A stretch of DNA of 64,000 bases. It comes from Massalongia carnosa (lineage: Eukaryota). Position numbers and translations under genes: made by a program. Shown piece after piece: positions 1 through 11,903 of the stretch. The notes under the pieces are model-generated. The model was given only the letters and a program-made list of their open reading frames with translations. It searched no databases and was not told the origin of the DNA. Location of the stretch: positions 124,001 through 188,000 of the forward strand of contig OZ287087.1 of assembly GCA_965645245.1 (NCBI GenBank), written 5' to 3'. The stretch's first letter is position 1. Each line of letters begins with the position of its first letter.

Positions 1-161
1 CAACAGAAGGGACGATATAACTTTCGGCCAAGATAGCTACAGAGTCGGGGAGCAATTCTACGTGATCACAATGATTATTGAGGGCTTGTATGGGTAACGA
101 ATGCAATTTCTAGTGCTAGCTAAAAAGTGCGAAAGTTGTTGGTCCAGAACTTGAGGGAGGG

Positions 162-398
162 TGTTGAATGTTCAACTTCTACCAGCATTGCCTAGCCGAT
201 AGATTAGATAAGATCAGATCTAATCTAATCGCATAGGGGCTCGGATAAACTATTATCATCTCGCTTAGCAGAGGTGACCAAGATAAAAGGAACAGATTGC
301 TCTGCACTCCGTAGCAACTCTGCATCCTTAACATCATGGTCATACAGGCCCCTATCTTTACATAGTCATATAGCAATAGTCATAGACCTATTCAAAAC
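162..398 (+). repeat. Probable 3' LTR of a Copia-like element
   Basis: Starts TGTTGAA directly after the purine tract GAGGGAGGG (153-161). Clearly similar to the TSD-flanked solo LTR at 45505-45794. The 3' end is degraded. Confidence 0.6.
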
Positions 399-442
399 TT
401 GTTTCTGCGCGGTCACGTTACGGGGCCGTAAATATCTCGAAA

Positions 443-1104
443 TTGGACTTCCTACACCTTTTTCAGGAGGCTAGAAAGCAAGCTATGACGTTCATCAATA
501 TCATGATTGCATGGCGCGGGGCAGGTCTTATTCCATACAATCCCGAGCATGTTTTGGGCAAATTGCCTAGATCAATCATTCCTTTACCTCTTGATATCGT
601 CACCACTACCCCACAACGACCAAACGCATTCAAGTAGCTAGCGATGCTTTGTTAACCCGTGTAACCCCATCTCTCCGCGCGCATGTTGAATTGCTTCAAA
701 CAACCGCATTGAATGCCGTTGCTGATAAAGTTATCCTACGGCATACCAATCAGGAACTAGTTGAAAAACAGGCTCAGCGACGCCAAAAGGCGTCTAGAAA
801 GGGGTGTGATAAAGCGAGGGTGCTAACTGTGGGTGAGGGGCTGGCTAAGATCGAAGAGAATCAGCAAAAAGAGGAGGCATTAGCTAGAGAAAAGGAGCGA
901 TATCATGCTTTAAATGGTAAAGTGAAGTTCGTAAAGGCCGTCTGGGAAGAAATGCGTATAGATAGTGATATTTTTTGTTTATTTTGGGGATCTAAGAAGT
1001 ATCATGGTGATGTTGTTTTCCTTTTGGTGGAGGGATAGTTGGCCAGGATATTTTTTATGGGGTGGCCCGATTGGGTGGCTGGCCCTAATTGGTGGCTAAT
1101 ACGT
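443..1104 (+). mobile_element. 3' fragment of a pogo/Fot1-like DNA transposon
   Basis: AWRGAGLIPYNPEHVL (end of the pogo DDE region) followed by a charged coiled-coil ORF (649-1038). GGGTGGC subterminal repeats end in ACGT followed by TA at 1105-1106. Confidence 0.7.
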
Positions 1105-1379
1105 TAGTCTCTTCTTTGCCACCTTTATCGTCAATAAAGGCCGTTTTTTAATCAATCAGTTTGTTAGATCATAATATTTGTGTAAAGAACGACTATCTAG
1201 GGAAAATGAATAGTAGTCAGCTACCTAAGAGACTAAGCATGAAGAAGAGAAATCTATCTACAAAGAAGAATGTGAAATCTATATGCCCCGTTTGCCGTTC
1301 TTCTCGAAGTTTCCATCCGGCTCTAGAAGCTTATCTCCGAAGCTTCGGTCGGAAAGAGCGGTTGGATTTAGCGCTCCCA

Positions 1380-1613
1380 CACCCGAGTCCTGACACTTTG
1401 AGCGTTCTATAGAAAGTGAATCGACTACATTGCATCTCAATCTCCGTACGCAGCTGCGCGTAGATAATGCGTGGATTGATTCGTGCAAATTTGATGATAT
1501 GTCTTCCATCGCTACCCGAAAATATTTCAGGTTGACTCGATCGCGATTTGAACTTTTCGTTGTTGCGTTCTGAGTGCTTTTGAAGAGTGTGAATGACGGT
1601 GATTCGAGGCACA
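1380..1613 (-). pseudogene. Tc1/mariner transposase fragment, the target of the Gypsy insertion
   Basis: RHIIKFARINPRIIYAQL matches RYIIKHARINPRITYAQI in ORF 50504-51604. The frame continues across the Gypsy at 7985-8001 (KTLNV|PRIT). Confidence 0.8.
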
Positions 1614-1916
1614 TGTCAGGCAGCTTGCCCTGATATTATTCAGTAGCTATGAACTAGAATTTAACTACAAGGAAGGAAAGAAAAGAATAATCATCGCTGA
1701 ACTCCTAAACATAATCTACCGTGGGTGCGCTAGCCAGTCAAGCGACGCGCGCTACTGCTTAGGCGAGTCACGCTGTCCCGTGACCACCAGAGCATGTCGG
1801 GTCAGGCCAGGACCCTGACACTACCCCCCTTCTATGGACGACGTCTCGGAGTCGTGAATAATCCGCTCCGTTCAACCAATTCTTGACTAAAGAAACGAAT
1901 AATCCCTTATTCGAAG

Positions 1917-4900
1917 CTAAGCCTCATCGGGTCCATCTACGGTTTCCGTAGATGGTCTGACGTTATCGATCGTCTGATCCATCCCTGTGAGGTCCTCTGG
2001 CGCCTTCGGTTTTCGAGGATGTTCTCTATGATATTGCAGAACCTTTTCGATAGACTTTCTGAAGTCGGTCCATGGTTGCCAAGGTGGGTCAGCGTTCCAT
2101 TCGTCCCAATTTCCAATATATGTAGCCTTATACTGTACCCCAAATTTCCTTGTCTCTCGACAGTCCACTATCTCTAAGATTTCCCACTCTTCATGTGTTG
2201 CCTCCTTATCGTTCTCGGTGATCAAGACAGGTGGGCCGGGAGGCAGTACTTGCCCTGGGAACGGATTGGACGGAGCGAGATGCAACTTCCATGGATGAAA
2301 TATTGGGGTGAGTCCCACATTCTTTAAATGCTGTGGTATGTCAAGCTCATATGCCTTGTTATCGATTATCCTAACAATTTTCCAGGGACCAACGTTTTTA
2401 AACCCGAGTGAACGACTTGGACGCTCTGATGCGAAATGTTTAGCATTAACGTACACTAAATCGCCCACTTTGTATTCTGGGTGCGGTTGACGATCTTTGT
2501 TAGCATGTCGTGTTTGTTCTTCCTGGGCCCATGTTAGCTGATTTCTTAACCATTCTCGCATTGCTTCCTGGCGAGCGACTATTTTGTCAGCATGAAGTAT
2601 CTCGGCTTTTCCCTTTTCTTCATATGTTCCTGGAGGCTCTGTTCCCGAACGAGGATGAAAGCCGTGATCTGCGAAAAATGGTGTCATTCCTGTCGAAACG
2701 TTAACATGATTGTTGACGGCGAACTCGGCATCTGAAAGATAGTCGACCAGTTGTCCTGAGCATAATTGATGTATGATCGAAGGTAATTCTTCATTACTTT
2801 ATTTGCATTCTCAGTTTGACCATCCGTTTCTGGATGATGCGCTGAAGAGAACTTTATCTTTACTCCGTATCTTTCACAAATTCTTTTCCACAGATGAGCA
2901 GTCAGCTGACTGCCTCGATCGTTTACCGTTGACAATGGAAAGCCATACGAGGAGAAGAGTCGTCGAGACATGGCGTCCATTAATTCGTCGGTGGAGAGTG
3001 ACGTAAGCGGTTCGTATAATCGTCTTTTTGTTAGACGGTCTACTATCACTAATATGTGTTGATACACTCTATTCCTTCGCCGACATTCCGGCAAAAACTC
3101 CACAAAATCTAAAGAGACGTCTGTCCATTTTCTGTTCGGTATGGGTAGAGGATTCAGTAAGCCCTGTTTCTTGACATTGTATGATTTTGACCTTCGACAA
3201 ACGGAGCAGTTCACTGCGTATCTTTTGCAGTGATCCTTCATGTCGAACCAGAAGTAGTTTTCCATCAGTGACTGATACATGCTTTTATATCCTGGGTGTC
3301 CTTGCAGAGGAGGTTCGTGATGTTTCTGCAACAGGCATAATTGAAGGGGTTCATGATCTGGGACATACAGCCTATCTTTGACATATAGTCTTTCATCTTT
3401 CACTTTGAGATCTCCCATGGCTAATTTGATCCCTTTCTTTATAAGATGCGATGGAAGCTTGCGAAGTTCTCGTGTTTTGGCAGCGATTATGTCTTGAACT
3501 ACTTCATCTTTTTCATAAGCTTCTTCAATTAGTTCTTCTAGAGGTTTCGCTGATGGATCTTCTTCCGAATCGTCGCCTAGTTCTTTCACCGGATTTTCAT
3601 TTAAAATCTGACCCTGAGCCTCTTCATCGTCCTCGATGGTCTGAGGTTCCTCAGCTTCTTCGTCAGTGTCATTTGTTCTTGTGTTTGCACAGAAGATCAC
3701 TGATAAAGCCTTCTTTACGTCATCGTCTAGTTGATGCTCCTGTAGCAATGTCTGGAATTGATGTTGTTGTCGAGAGTCGTCAAACCCTTTTGGAAGATCT
3801 TGAGAACGTCGAGTAAGTGTGTCCGGCTTTTCGCCTTGTCTGCCCGGTCGATACATGATTTTGAAATTGAACTCCGAAAGGAATTCAGCCCATCGGGCCT
3901 GTCTGCGGTTCAGTTGCTTTGTCGTCATAAAGTGTTCCAGGTTTTTATGATCAGTATAAACTTTGATTGGCTGGTCAGGCGCAGCACTTGCTGCCTCGGG
4001 CCGCCAGACCTCGAAGCTCTTTATGATAGCGAGGAGTTCCTTATCATATATCATGTAATTACATTCGGCCGGTGTCATCTTCTTGGAGAAATATGCTACC
4101 GGTTTGAGCACTCCGTCATGCATCTGAGATAAGACTCCGGCAGTGACGAAATCCGAAGAGTCTGTTTCTATCCATGTCTCTAGAGAAGGATCATAGTGCG
4201 CTAACACTGGTGCAGTAGTGAAGGCCTCTTTCAAATCTTCGAAAGCTTTTTTACAGTCTTCGGTCCAGATGAACACGTTATATCGGGTTCTCTTCTTGCC
4301 CGACTTGGTTGTTATTTGTTCTCCTTTTGTTAATTCCGTCAGAGACCTTGTACGCTGAGAGAACTTTGATTTGAATCGTCGATAGAAGTTTGCAAAGCCT
4401 AAAAAAGCTTGCACGTCCTTCACGGACTCCGGAGTTTCCCATTTCAAAATCGCTTCAATCTTCTCGGAATCCATTTGTATTCCATCAGTGGTGACTATAA
4501 GTCCGAGGTACTTTACTTTAGTCACCGAGAATTCACATTTGTCAATGTCAACTTGGAGTCCTCGTTCCCCCAAGCGTTTAAGAACCTTCAAGACGTGATC
4601 TGAATGTTCTTCCTCATTATCACTGTAGATCAAGACGTCATCCAGATAAGCAGTACAAAAGACGTCTAAATATTCCCGAACCGAATTATTTATATAACTC
4701 TGAAAAGTCCCTGGAGCATTGCATAAACCGAAAGGCATGACCAGATATTCGAACTGGCCATATCTTGTGTTAAAAGCGGTAAGCCATTCATGTCCTTCTT
4801 TTACTCGAAGACGATTGAATGCCGTAATAACGTCTAGTTTCGTGAAGCGTTTTGCCTGCGAGAGTTTTCCGAGCGTCTCGTTAATTAGGGGAATAGGATA

Positions 4901-5989
4901 TCGATTCTTTACTGTGATGGCATTCAAGGCTCGATAGTCCACACAAAATCTCAGTCCACCACCTGGTTTTCGAACTAGAAGGACTGGAGCTGCTGCTGTC
5001 GACGAACTGGGACGAATGAATCCCTTTCCCATATGTTCGTCAATATACTTCTTGACAGCTTCCAACTCCTGTTCTGACATAGGCTTATAGTTCCTGACAT
5101 AAGGGGGTTCTTTTCCGTCCATGAGGTTGATCTCGTGATCCTCCTTACGATGTTCCGGTAGTTCGTCTGCTTTATGCTTCATAAAGACTTCTATCATGCT
5201 ATGATACTCTGAGGGAATTTTCTTCAACAATTCTTCGCGGGAGTACTCGGGTTTGCCTTTCATAAACTTGTCGTAATCCTTTGAGGTGACGGCCCCAGTG
5301 GTTGTGGCACAGAAGGTCTTATGTTCTCGGGGAGTCCATAAGTATCCCTCGTGATCTTTCTTCCTAACCATCCGAAAGAAATGTTTCGCATTGACCGGAA
5401 GGACTTCGATATCGTCTTTTGTTCCGATCCTATTCTTTGCCCTACTTCCAACAGCAAATTCGGTGCAGGTTATTCCACGCGAAAGGCATCCCATTTCCAA
5501 GCAATCGGCAGAGTTAAACTTCATAATTCGCTCTTTCCAGTCAATGCTGGGGTTGTGAGTTTGTAGCCATCCATCTCCTAGAATAACCGCGTACATGTCC
5601 AGTTTTGCTACATAGCAAAGGACTTGTTCTTGATGATCCCCGATTTTGACGTCGACTAGGGCGGTCCTCGTGAGAAGTTGGGCAACCTCTCCGTTTCCAA
5701 GGGTCAGTTTAACCCCCGTTTCTAATTTGGAGGTGTTCAGTTTATTTACACGCGCGAAGGATTCATCAATGAGCTCAGCCTCACTTCCATTATCAACAAG
5801 TAAACGAGTTTTAATTCCAGCTATGCTAGTTTTAAATACTAGATGCTTGCCCTCGATCTTCTTTTCAGTATCGAGAACAGCACAACTAGAGACCCTTACT
5901 GTCTTCATTTCAGCGCTACCAATTTCACAAATGACATCTTTCTTAAGACGTCCTTGATCGCGATTTTGATCAAGGACTAAGCTTTTCCC
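1917..5989 (-). CDS. pol: Gypsy Pol (PR-RT-RNaseH-IN-chromodomain) with one frameshift near 2747
   Basis: Motifs LVDNGS (protease), LRFCVDYRALN and YLDD (RT), ETDSSDF and YDKELLAI (RNase H), HHCC and TDGQTE (integrase), and EWEILEIVD..QYKATYIG (chromodomain). Adding one G near 2747 restores QDNWVDYL and fuses ORFs 2684-5908 and 1917-2687. Confidence 0.93.
5950..5989 (-). promoter_or_regulatory. -1 programmed ribosomal frameshift signal (gag-pol)
   Basis: G_GGA_AAA heptamer (5989-5983), 5-nt spacer, then a perfect 10-bp stem GTCCTTGATC/GATCAAGGAC. The -1 frame is open into pol. Confidence 0.85.
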
Positions 5990-7581
5990 GACTCGGAGTC
6001 AGAGTCTATCTCAACAATTCTTGTAGTGTTAAGCTTCTTTTCTTTAAATTGAGGGCAGATCGAGTCGTTTCCTCGATGACCTGACCCCCGACATGCCCAA
6101 CAGCGTCCCTGACGCGACAATGTCTCTCGCTCTTCCTTCTCCAACTTTTTGGGGTTGGGGTCAGGATCGTACCAAACCCCTATCCAACCAGCGGGTTTGA
6201 CTATCGTGGCGCTGAACTTGGAGTTTGGATGATCACCCGACTTCTTCTCTTTTGCACTCGATTGACGAGAATCGGAAATGGAGGTTTGTCCACTCGAGGA
6301 CTTGCCTTCGCGACCAGAGTTCTTTGACGGACCAGACTTCTCTGGCCGAGGAAAGTAGTGAGCGACATCCTTGCGTCGATCTTCGATTCTCCTAGCTTCG
6401 TCGAGCAAGGGACGAAAGTCGGTGAAAACTGAACCCATCAGTGAATTAGAGATGCTTGGCTTCAATGTTACAAGAAACTTCTCTATCCTCTCGTCGATGG
6501 GGGTTTTGGCCTTTTGCCAAAGCTTAAAAATTCGATGATAGTACTCGCTTACACTTTCACCACTTTTCATTGTGATGGTGATGAGTTCTTTCTTGGCATC
6601 TCGACTCTGGAGATGTATGCCCATATAATGTTCGATCTCGTCGAACAGAGCGTCAATGGTGAGAGAGTCGCCCATGTCGACGACCCAGGAGTGCATAGCC
6701 CCAAAAATAGGCGCTTCCATTTGCGATAGAGCATAACTGACCTTTTCGCCCTCGTTGGCGTAAAGCGGAGAATCGGTCTTAAGCTTGTTTCGGAGTGAGT
6801 ATTGCCAAGGACTATATTCCTCAGCGTCTTCGCCTTTCAGAGGCTTGCTGGGGTGAATGCCACGTGGACGCCAGTTCTGGGGATTTATAGTGGTGCTCTG
6901 GGTTGTAGCAGTGTCCTCCCGTTGGCCACGAGAGGAGTCGGGAGCTGCTAGCCGTCGCTCAAGATTCTCCTTCTCTTTCTGTAAGTCCTGTTGGGCCTGG
7001 AGGGCTTCTTCCAACTCAATTTCTTTATGCGAAAGCTCTTCCTGAGCAAGAAGGATTTGGCGTTCGTCTTCATCCTTTTCGTCAGCGAAACGGTCATTAA
7101 TCTGCTTATATTGTTCTAAATGCTTCTTGGTCTTGATAAGCTTCTCATGAAGCCCGAAGCTTTTTTCGTACAGTGTTTTGTCATAGGGAATTGCTCTGGA
7201 CAAAAACTCATACCAACGAGGACCTTCGTTCTCGTCTAGGACGGCATTTCGGAAGTCTTCTAGGTTGCGAATTTTGTATCGTGCGGGATGTTTCCGAGTT
7301 TCTCGTTCGTAGTATGGATGTTCCGAGATGTCAATCTCGCGAGCCCCTTCCTTCTCATTTCCTGACCCAGCCTTCGGGGTCTTTTCTAGTGTGCATTCTG
7401 TCTCGTCTCCCATCTGCTCACCGGGTGTAAGCTCGGAGTCTTCGAACGTCCCTGGCATACTATCAGAGCGAGCCGAATGACAGGACATGGAACGGGCGCG
7501 AGTGTTAAAAGCAGGGCCTGCTTGAGCGTCTTCGCGAGGAGCGCCGGCCTTTCGAGCAGTCAGGGGAGTTTTCGAACTCAT
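5977..7581 (-). CDS. gag: Gypsy Gag, 534 aa
   Basis: Open ORF inside the LTRs with a retrotransposon-gag core (MKSGESVSEYYHRIFKLW) and zinc knuckle CWACRGSGHRGNDSIC. Confidence 0.93.
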   Translation of the reverse strand: MSSKTPLTARKAGAPREDAQAGPAFNTRARSMSCHSARSDSMPGTFEDSELTPGEQMGDETECTLEKTPKAGSGNEKEGAREIDISEHPYYERETRKHPARYKIRNLEDFRNAVLDENEGPRWYEFLSRAIPYDKTLYEKSFGLHEKLIKTKKHLEQYKQINDRFADEKDEDERQILLAQEELSHKEIELEEALQAQQDLQKEKENLERRLAAPDSSRGQREDTATTQSTTINPQNWRPRGIHPSKPLKGEDAEEYSPWQYSLRNKLKTDSPLYANEGEKVSYALSQMEAPIFGAMHSWVVDMGDSLTIDALFDEIEHYMGIHLQSRDAKKELITITMKSGESVSEYYHRIFKLWQKAKTPIDERIEKFLVTLKPSISNSLMGSVFTDFRPLLDEARRIEDRRKDVAHYFPRPEKSGPSKNSGREGKSSSGQTSISDSRQSSAKEKKSGDHPNSKFSATIVKPAGWIGVWYDPDPNPKKLEKEERETLSRQGRCWACRGSGHRGNDSICPQFKEKKLNTTRIVEIDSDSESGKA

Positions 7582-8616
7582 GACTGTGTTCTGGAGGTGA
7601 AAGAGCTCTGTCTTTCGATTCTGGAAGTTCTAAAGGTTCTGGAGTGAGGACCAGCTCGAATTCTCACGAGTGATCGTTCTGGAAAGCTAAAGGAGCAGGT
7701 CGTTGTCCCTTTCTAAATGTGCTGAAAGTTCTAGAAGACTGGAAGAGTACTAATAAGCATTAAAGGTAGTTAAATTATGTCAGGCAGCTTGCCCTGATAT
7801 TATTCAGTAGCTATGAACTAGAATTTAACTACAAGGAAGGAAAGAAAAGAATAATCATCGCTGAACTCCTAAACATAATCTACCGTGGGTGCGCTAGCCA
7901 GTCAAGCGACGCGCGCTACTGCTTAGGCGAGTCACGCTGTCCCGTGACCACCAGAGCATGTCGGGTCAGGCCAGGACCCTGACAGCACATTTAAAGTCTT
8001 TGTTGAATGGCGGTTGCGATTATTGTTATAATAGCTTGTTGGGCTTACTGCCTCATAACGTGGATAGCGGGTAGTCTATTAGCGTATGCAAAATGATTTG
8101 CAATTTCGCTTATGAAAACACATACCACCAACATGACCCTACCATTCAAACTCCAAATCTTGATTTTCCTAGATATTCCCTACACTAAAATCCTAACATA
8201 TTTTTATAATTTGGTAGACATCTATAGAAATTATTATGCCTCCAAATAGACGGAGTAAAAAGGGACTAGTTAACCAAGTTTTGCCGCCGGCGCCGACTCG
8301 GGGGGGTCGTCGCCGCCAAGTTCCTGCTCGCCTACGAAGCTCGCCCACCCCTCTTCGTCCTAACCCTCAAACTCCGCTCCAGGGTGCACGCCGTCCCCAT
8401 GAGAGCCCTCCTCCTAATCCTCCTAACCCTCCTTCTTCTCCTCATGTCGGCGCCCGTCTTCCAGCCCCTCTATTGTTTCCTCCCTTAGATGCTCGACCTC
8501 GACCCCCCCAGGTTCCACGCCGCCCGAGTACGCGTGACGACCATACACCGGTATTCGCCATGAAAACGCCCAAGATTCCCGGCAATACTCGCGAGGGGAT
8601 GGCGGAGCGTGTGTAA

Positions 8617-9190
8617 AACACCCCCAAAACATCTATCCTCCCTTGCTCGGAAGACGAGGAATCACACAGGTTGAATGCAGTTCTTCACCTGCTCGTCTCG
8701 TCACCCAAATGCGTCGATGGCGGGTGCCATTTACCCATGTTTTATCATTCCATAATATAGATTCCCACTGCTCTTTGCTCCAACTCAAATGCTCTCGAGC
8801 CTATTCAAGACGTTTAACACGATTGATTTTCGGACATGATAGGCTTTCGACGTGCTAGTCTTCGAGAAAAACCCTCTTGTTTCAGAGCTTTTCGTATGGC
8901 ATTCTCTGAAACATTCCATCCAAGTTTCCAGGCAACTTGACAGTAAGGTATACGGCGATTTTCTGACGAAGCGCAAACGAATTCAATCAATGTTTGTCGA
9001 GAAGCGTTATCAATTAAAGATTTAGGTCCGCATCGAAATTTCTTTTGTTGAGTTAATCGACCAACGGTGCATGCATAACTTACTGGACCTGACGAATGGT
9101 AATTTGTAAACGCTCAACAATTTCGTGCATAACTCCATCCCACATCGCGTAAAGTGAAAGCTTGAAGACGTTTATCTCTAGATAAATCTA
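8617..9190 (-). pseudogene. Degenerate Tc1/mariner transposase, N-terminal half
   Basis: Manual translation gives DLSRDKRLQAFTLRD...ENAIRKALKQEGFSRRLARRKP...EQWESILWNDKTWV...MFWGCF, with stops and frameshifts. A second copy lies at 44619-44860. Confidence 0.8.
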
Positions 9191-9300
9191 CGCCGCGGAA
9201 TGGGTTGGGTTGGGTTGGGTTATTAAAATGAGAACCCAACCCAATGGGTTTTTGGTTGGGTTGGGTTATCGTTGGGTTACCCAACAGAATAGGGTTCTGA
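9190..9300. repeat. GGGTT/AACCC array, probably a DNA-transposon (hAT-like) terminus
   Basis: TACGCCGCGGAATGGGTT followed by GGGTT/AACCC units in both orientations. A similar start, TACGTCGCGCAACGGGTT, occurs at about 36790. Confidence 0.45.
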
Positions 9301-9570
9301 TATATGGACACACCATCCGCTACCTAGACACACCCTCTGCGGCTACCTAGACACACCCCTTCCGGCTATCTAGACACCCCACACAAAACAATTCTAGGGG
9401 TAGGGCTGGACCCCTCCCTAAACCTCATTAGGATAAGCGACTGAAAATTTTCGCCCACTTTCAAAATTTGAATTGAAAAGTATGTGCACATCTCTCATGG
9501 ACCGCAATTGCCTTGATGAAATGGAGTCGATTGGCATCATCTTCATGAATCAGTCTCTGATTTCATGCTA

Positions 9571-11702
9571 CTAAACCTCATTCGGTATCGCCCCTTCTTG
9601 ATTTGTAGCAGCGCCCCTTGCCCGAGATGCCCTATCTCGTCTCCGCCCTCTTCCCCGTCCCTGTTCCTGTCCCTGTCCCGATTCCTGTCGCTGTCGCTGT
9701 CCCTGTCCTCGTGCTCGTACCCCCCGCCCGCGTTCCCGCCCTGGAGCTGGATCAGCTCGATGTACGACAGCTTCCACGTCCGGAGCCACCTCCCCGCCTT
9801 GTAGATCAGCTATTTCCGCCTCAATCCGTTCGAATAAGGAAGGTTCTCGCAGGGTGGAAGCTTCAAAGACTTGTTGTCTTCTGTTTTCGGAACCTCGAGG
9901 GCGTCCGCGAGGTCGCACGACAGCGGGATCCTGCACCGCCAGCAAGGGATCATTATCATCAGCTGGAAGGTCTCTTTCAAATCTAGATTTAGAATTAGTT
10001 GAATTCAACAATGTTTGATCGAAACCAACCTCCAATGAGGATGGACATCTTCCAACAACAAAACACCGTCATCGTACAGTCGTTCCTGAATTCTGTGACT
10101 ACAGGGCAGGCCGGTGACAGTAGTAAAGACCTCGGTGCAGGCCCTGATCGCCGTTGGTTGATCAACCAACAAATTGTACTGACCAAGAATTTTTCGAAGT
10201 GCAAACGGGGTGACCCGACTCGCCAAACGTTGGAAAATCGGTTTGCGCAAGTCGGTAGGATAGCGATCCTAGCCGAATTTATGGCGATGAGGTGATTATG
10301 AAGCTCATTGGTTAGTAGCAAGGCGACGCCATCTACGGCTGCTTTTAAGTCACCATTGGAGGTTCCCAGCTGCCTTTTCAATACAGCATGTCCGCCCTCA
10401 CCTCGCGAAGTAGTCGTTGTCTCGATATGCCTCACTCGGTCAGTCCAGCACTTTACAAATCTCTGACGAAAAGAAATGTAGGTGGCATTAAGATACTTCA
10501 CCAAATTAGCATGTGTACGGTTGTATGTGATTCGAAACTGTCCCCACAGCTCTTCAAAATTCGGCTCGGAATCAGCCTTAATAAGTGATTTCCATCGTCC
10601 GTAAAAGACTTCCCATGCCTCAGTACTGAATGATTTCTTGCAATGAGCTAGGACATTCTTATTGATGTGCCAGATACACAATAAATGACTGGTAGATGGA
10701 AGAATCAGCTCAAATGCCGACATCAAACCTCTATCCATGTCGGTGACTGTCGTCGTTGGAGAAGAAAGTTCTAGCTGCGAGTACAAGACTTTCAAACGAG
10801 TCATGGCCCAGATGTAAGACTCATTTGTCTCCTCATGCATGAAGTAGAAGGCGACATAGAACGTAGTATGCAATGCGGTCTGTCCGCCGATGATCAACAA
10901 AGGCATTTTGAATCTGTTGGTTTTGTAGGTGCAATCCATCACTAAAACTTCCGGATTTGCCTTCAAAAGAGTCTGATTAATGCATTTACTGAAAAAAAAA
11001 TTGACGATCTGATTGGTTCTCGTCATTAGTCTGCAATTTCAGTTGTCCGGTCCTTGTCAAACTCACCTGATTCTCATCATTTGTCTGCAACTCGTATACC
11101 CAGTCGCCCTTGTCAAACTCCTGAATCAGACTCTGTATCGGAGTCAATGAGCCCAAAGCATTTCGTCGCAATTGAGCTCGAAAGTTGTAGATGTCTCGAC
11201 TGATAAACATCGGATTGACGACTTAAGGATTGCCATTCTCATCCAATCTGGCCGAATTCGGAGTCGGATCTCCAATACGAAGACTCGACAGCACGTTGGC
11301 CGGTTTGGTTTGTACAGTCAATTGACGAGAAATCTCCTCCTTATGCTCAATCAAGGCGACTCTTCGATGCGCGGGATGTGCTCCACTCAAGCTAGCTTCA
11401 TGATTATGTTCCGGTTTGACTACTTCCAAATGCCAGGCGACGTCGTTCACGAAGGTAGCGATGCAGGATAAGGGACACTCAATTCGTCTACGGCTACTGT
11501 GACATCGTTCTTCGCCGTGCGGTCTGGCCTTGCGACCTCGATCGCAGATGATCCACGCTTTTCGACGAATTCCCAGCTTTGATTTCTTGGTACGATGCAG
11601 GACAACGGCGTATCCCTCAGGGCCGGCATGTCGATTCAGGCAGAATAGACAGTCTTCTAGAGTTTCGAAAGACTGCCTGTCGGCGGGAGGTAATAGAGGC
11701 AT
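9571..11702 (-). pseudogene. Mutator (MULE) transposase pseudogene
   Basis: FAR1-like N-terminus (WIICDRG...ECP...HNH) and MULE motifs MDCTYKTNRFKMPL, TDMD and LCIWHINKNV. In-frame TAA at 11223-11225, a 58-nt intron at 11009-11066, and frameshifts near 10262 and 10030. Short tandem repeats flank it (9305-9380, 11780-11815). Confidence 0.9.
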
Positions 11703-11903
11703 GATTGATCCAGAATGTAGGATCAGGAAACTGAAAATTGAGATGAGAAAATGAAGAATTTACGTCACTTACTCGTATTCACCCCCATTTGCAACACACC
11801 CCCATTTGCAACACGCTAGTTAGTAAGCACCCGCATTAAAGTCCGCTAACTCCGGTATATCAACTTTTTTTCATTTCTCCCTCTTCTATCTGCATTGTCA
11901 ACT

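Larger units (their letters stand above)
1614..7984 (-). mobile_element. Full-length Ty3/Gypsy chromovirus LTR retrotransposon
   Basis: Two 207-bp LTRs (1614-1820, 7778-7984; TGTCAGG...CCTGACA), identical by eye. 5-bp TSD GCACA (1609-1613, 7985-7989). PPT adjacent to 1821. Domain order gag, PR, RT, RH, IN, chromodomain. Confidence 0.97.

Noticed and set aside
8236..8616. Pro/Arg-rich ORF as a host gene
   Set aside because: Low complexity, no domain, and cut by a Tc1 fragment. Probably a TE remnant; unresolved.
9200..9290. Telomeric repeat
   Set aside because: The unit is GGGTT in both orientations, not a TTAGGG array.
9305..9380. CRISPR-like array
   Set aside because: Three or four ~21-bp tandem units with no unique spacers, in a eukaryotic TE context.
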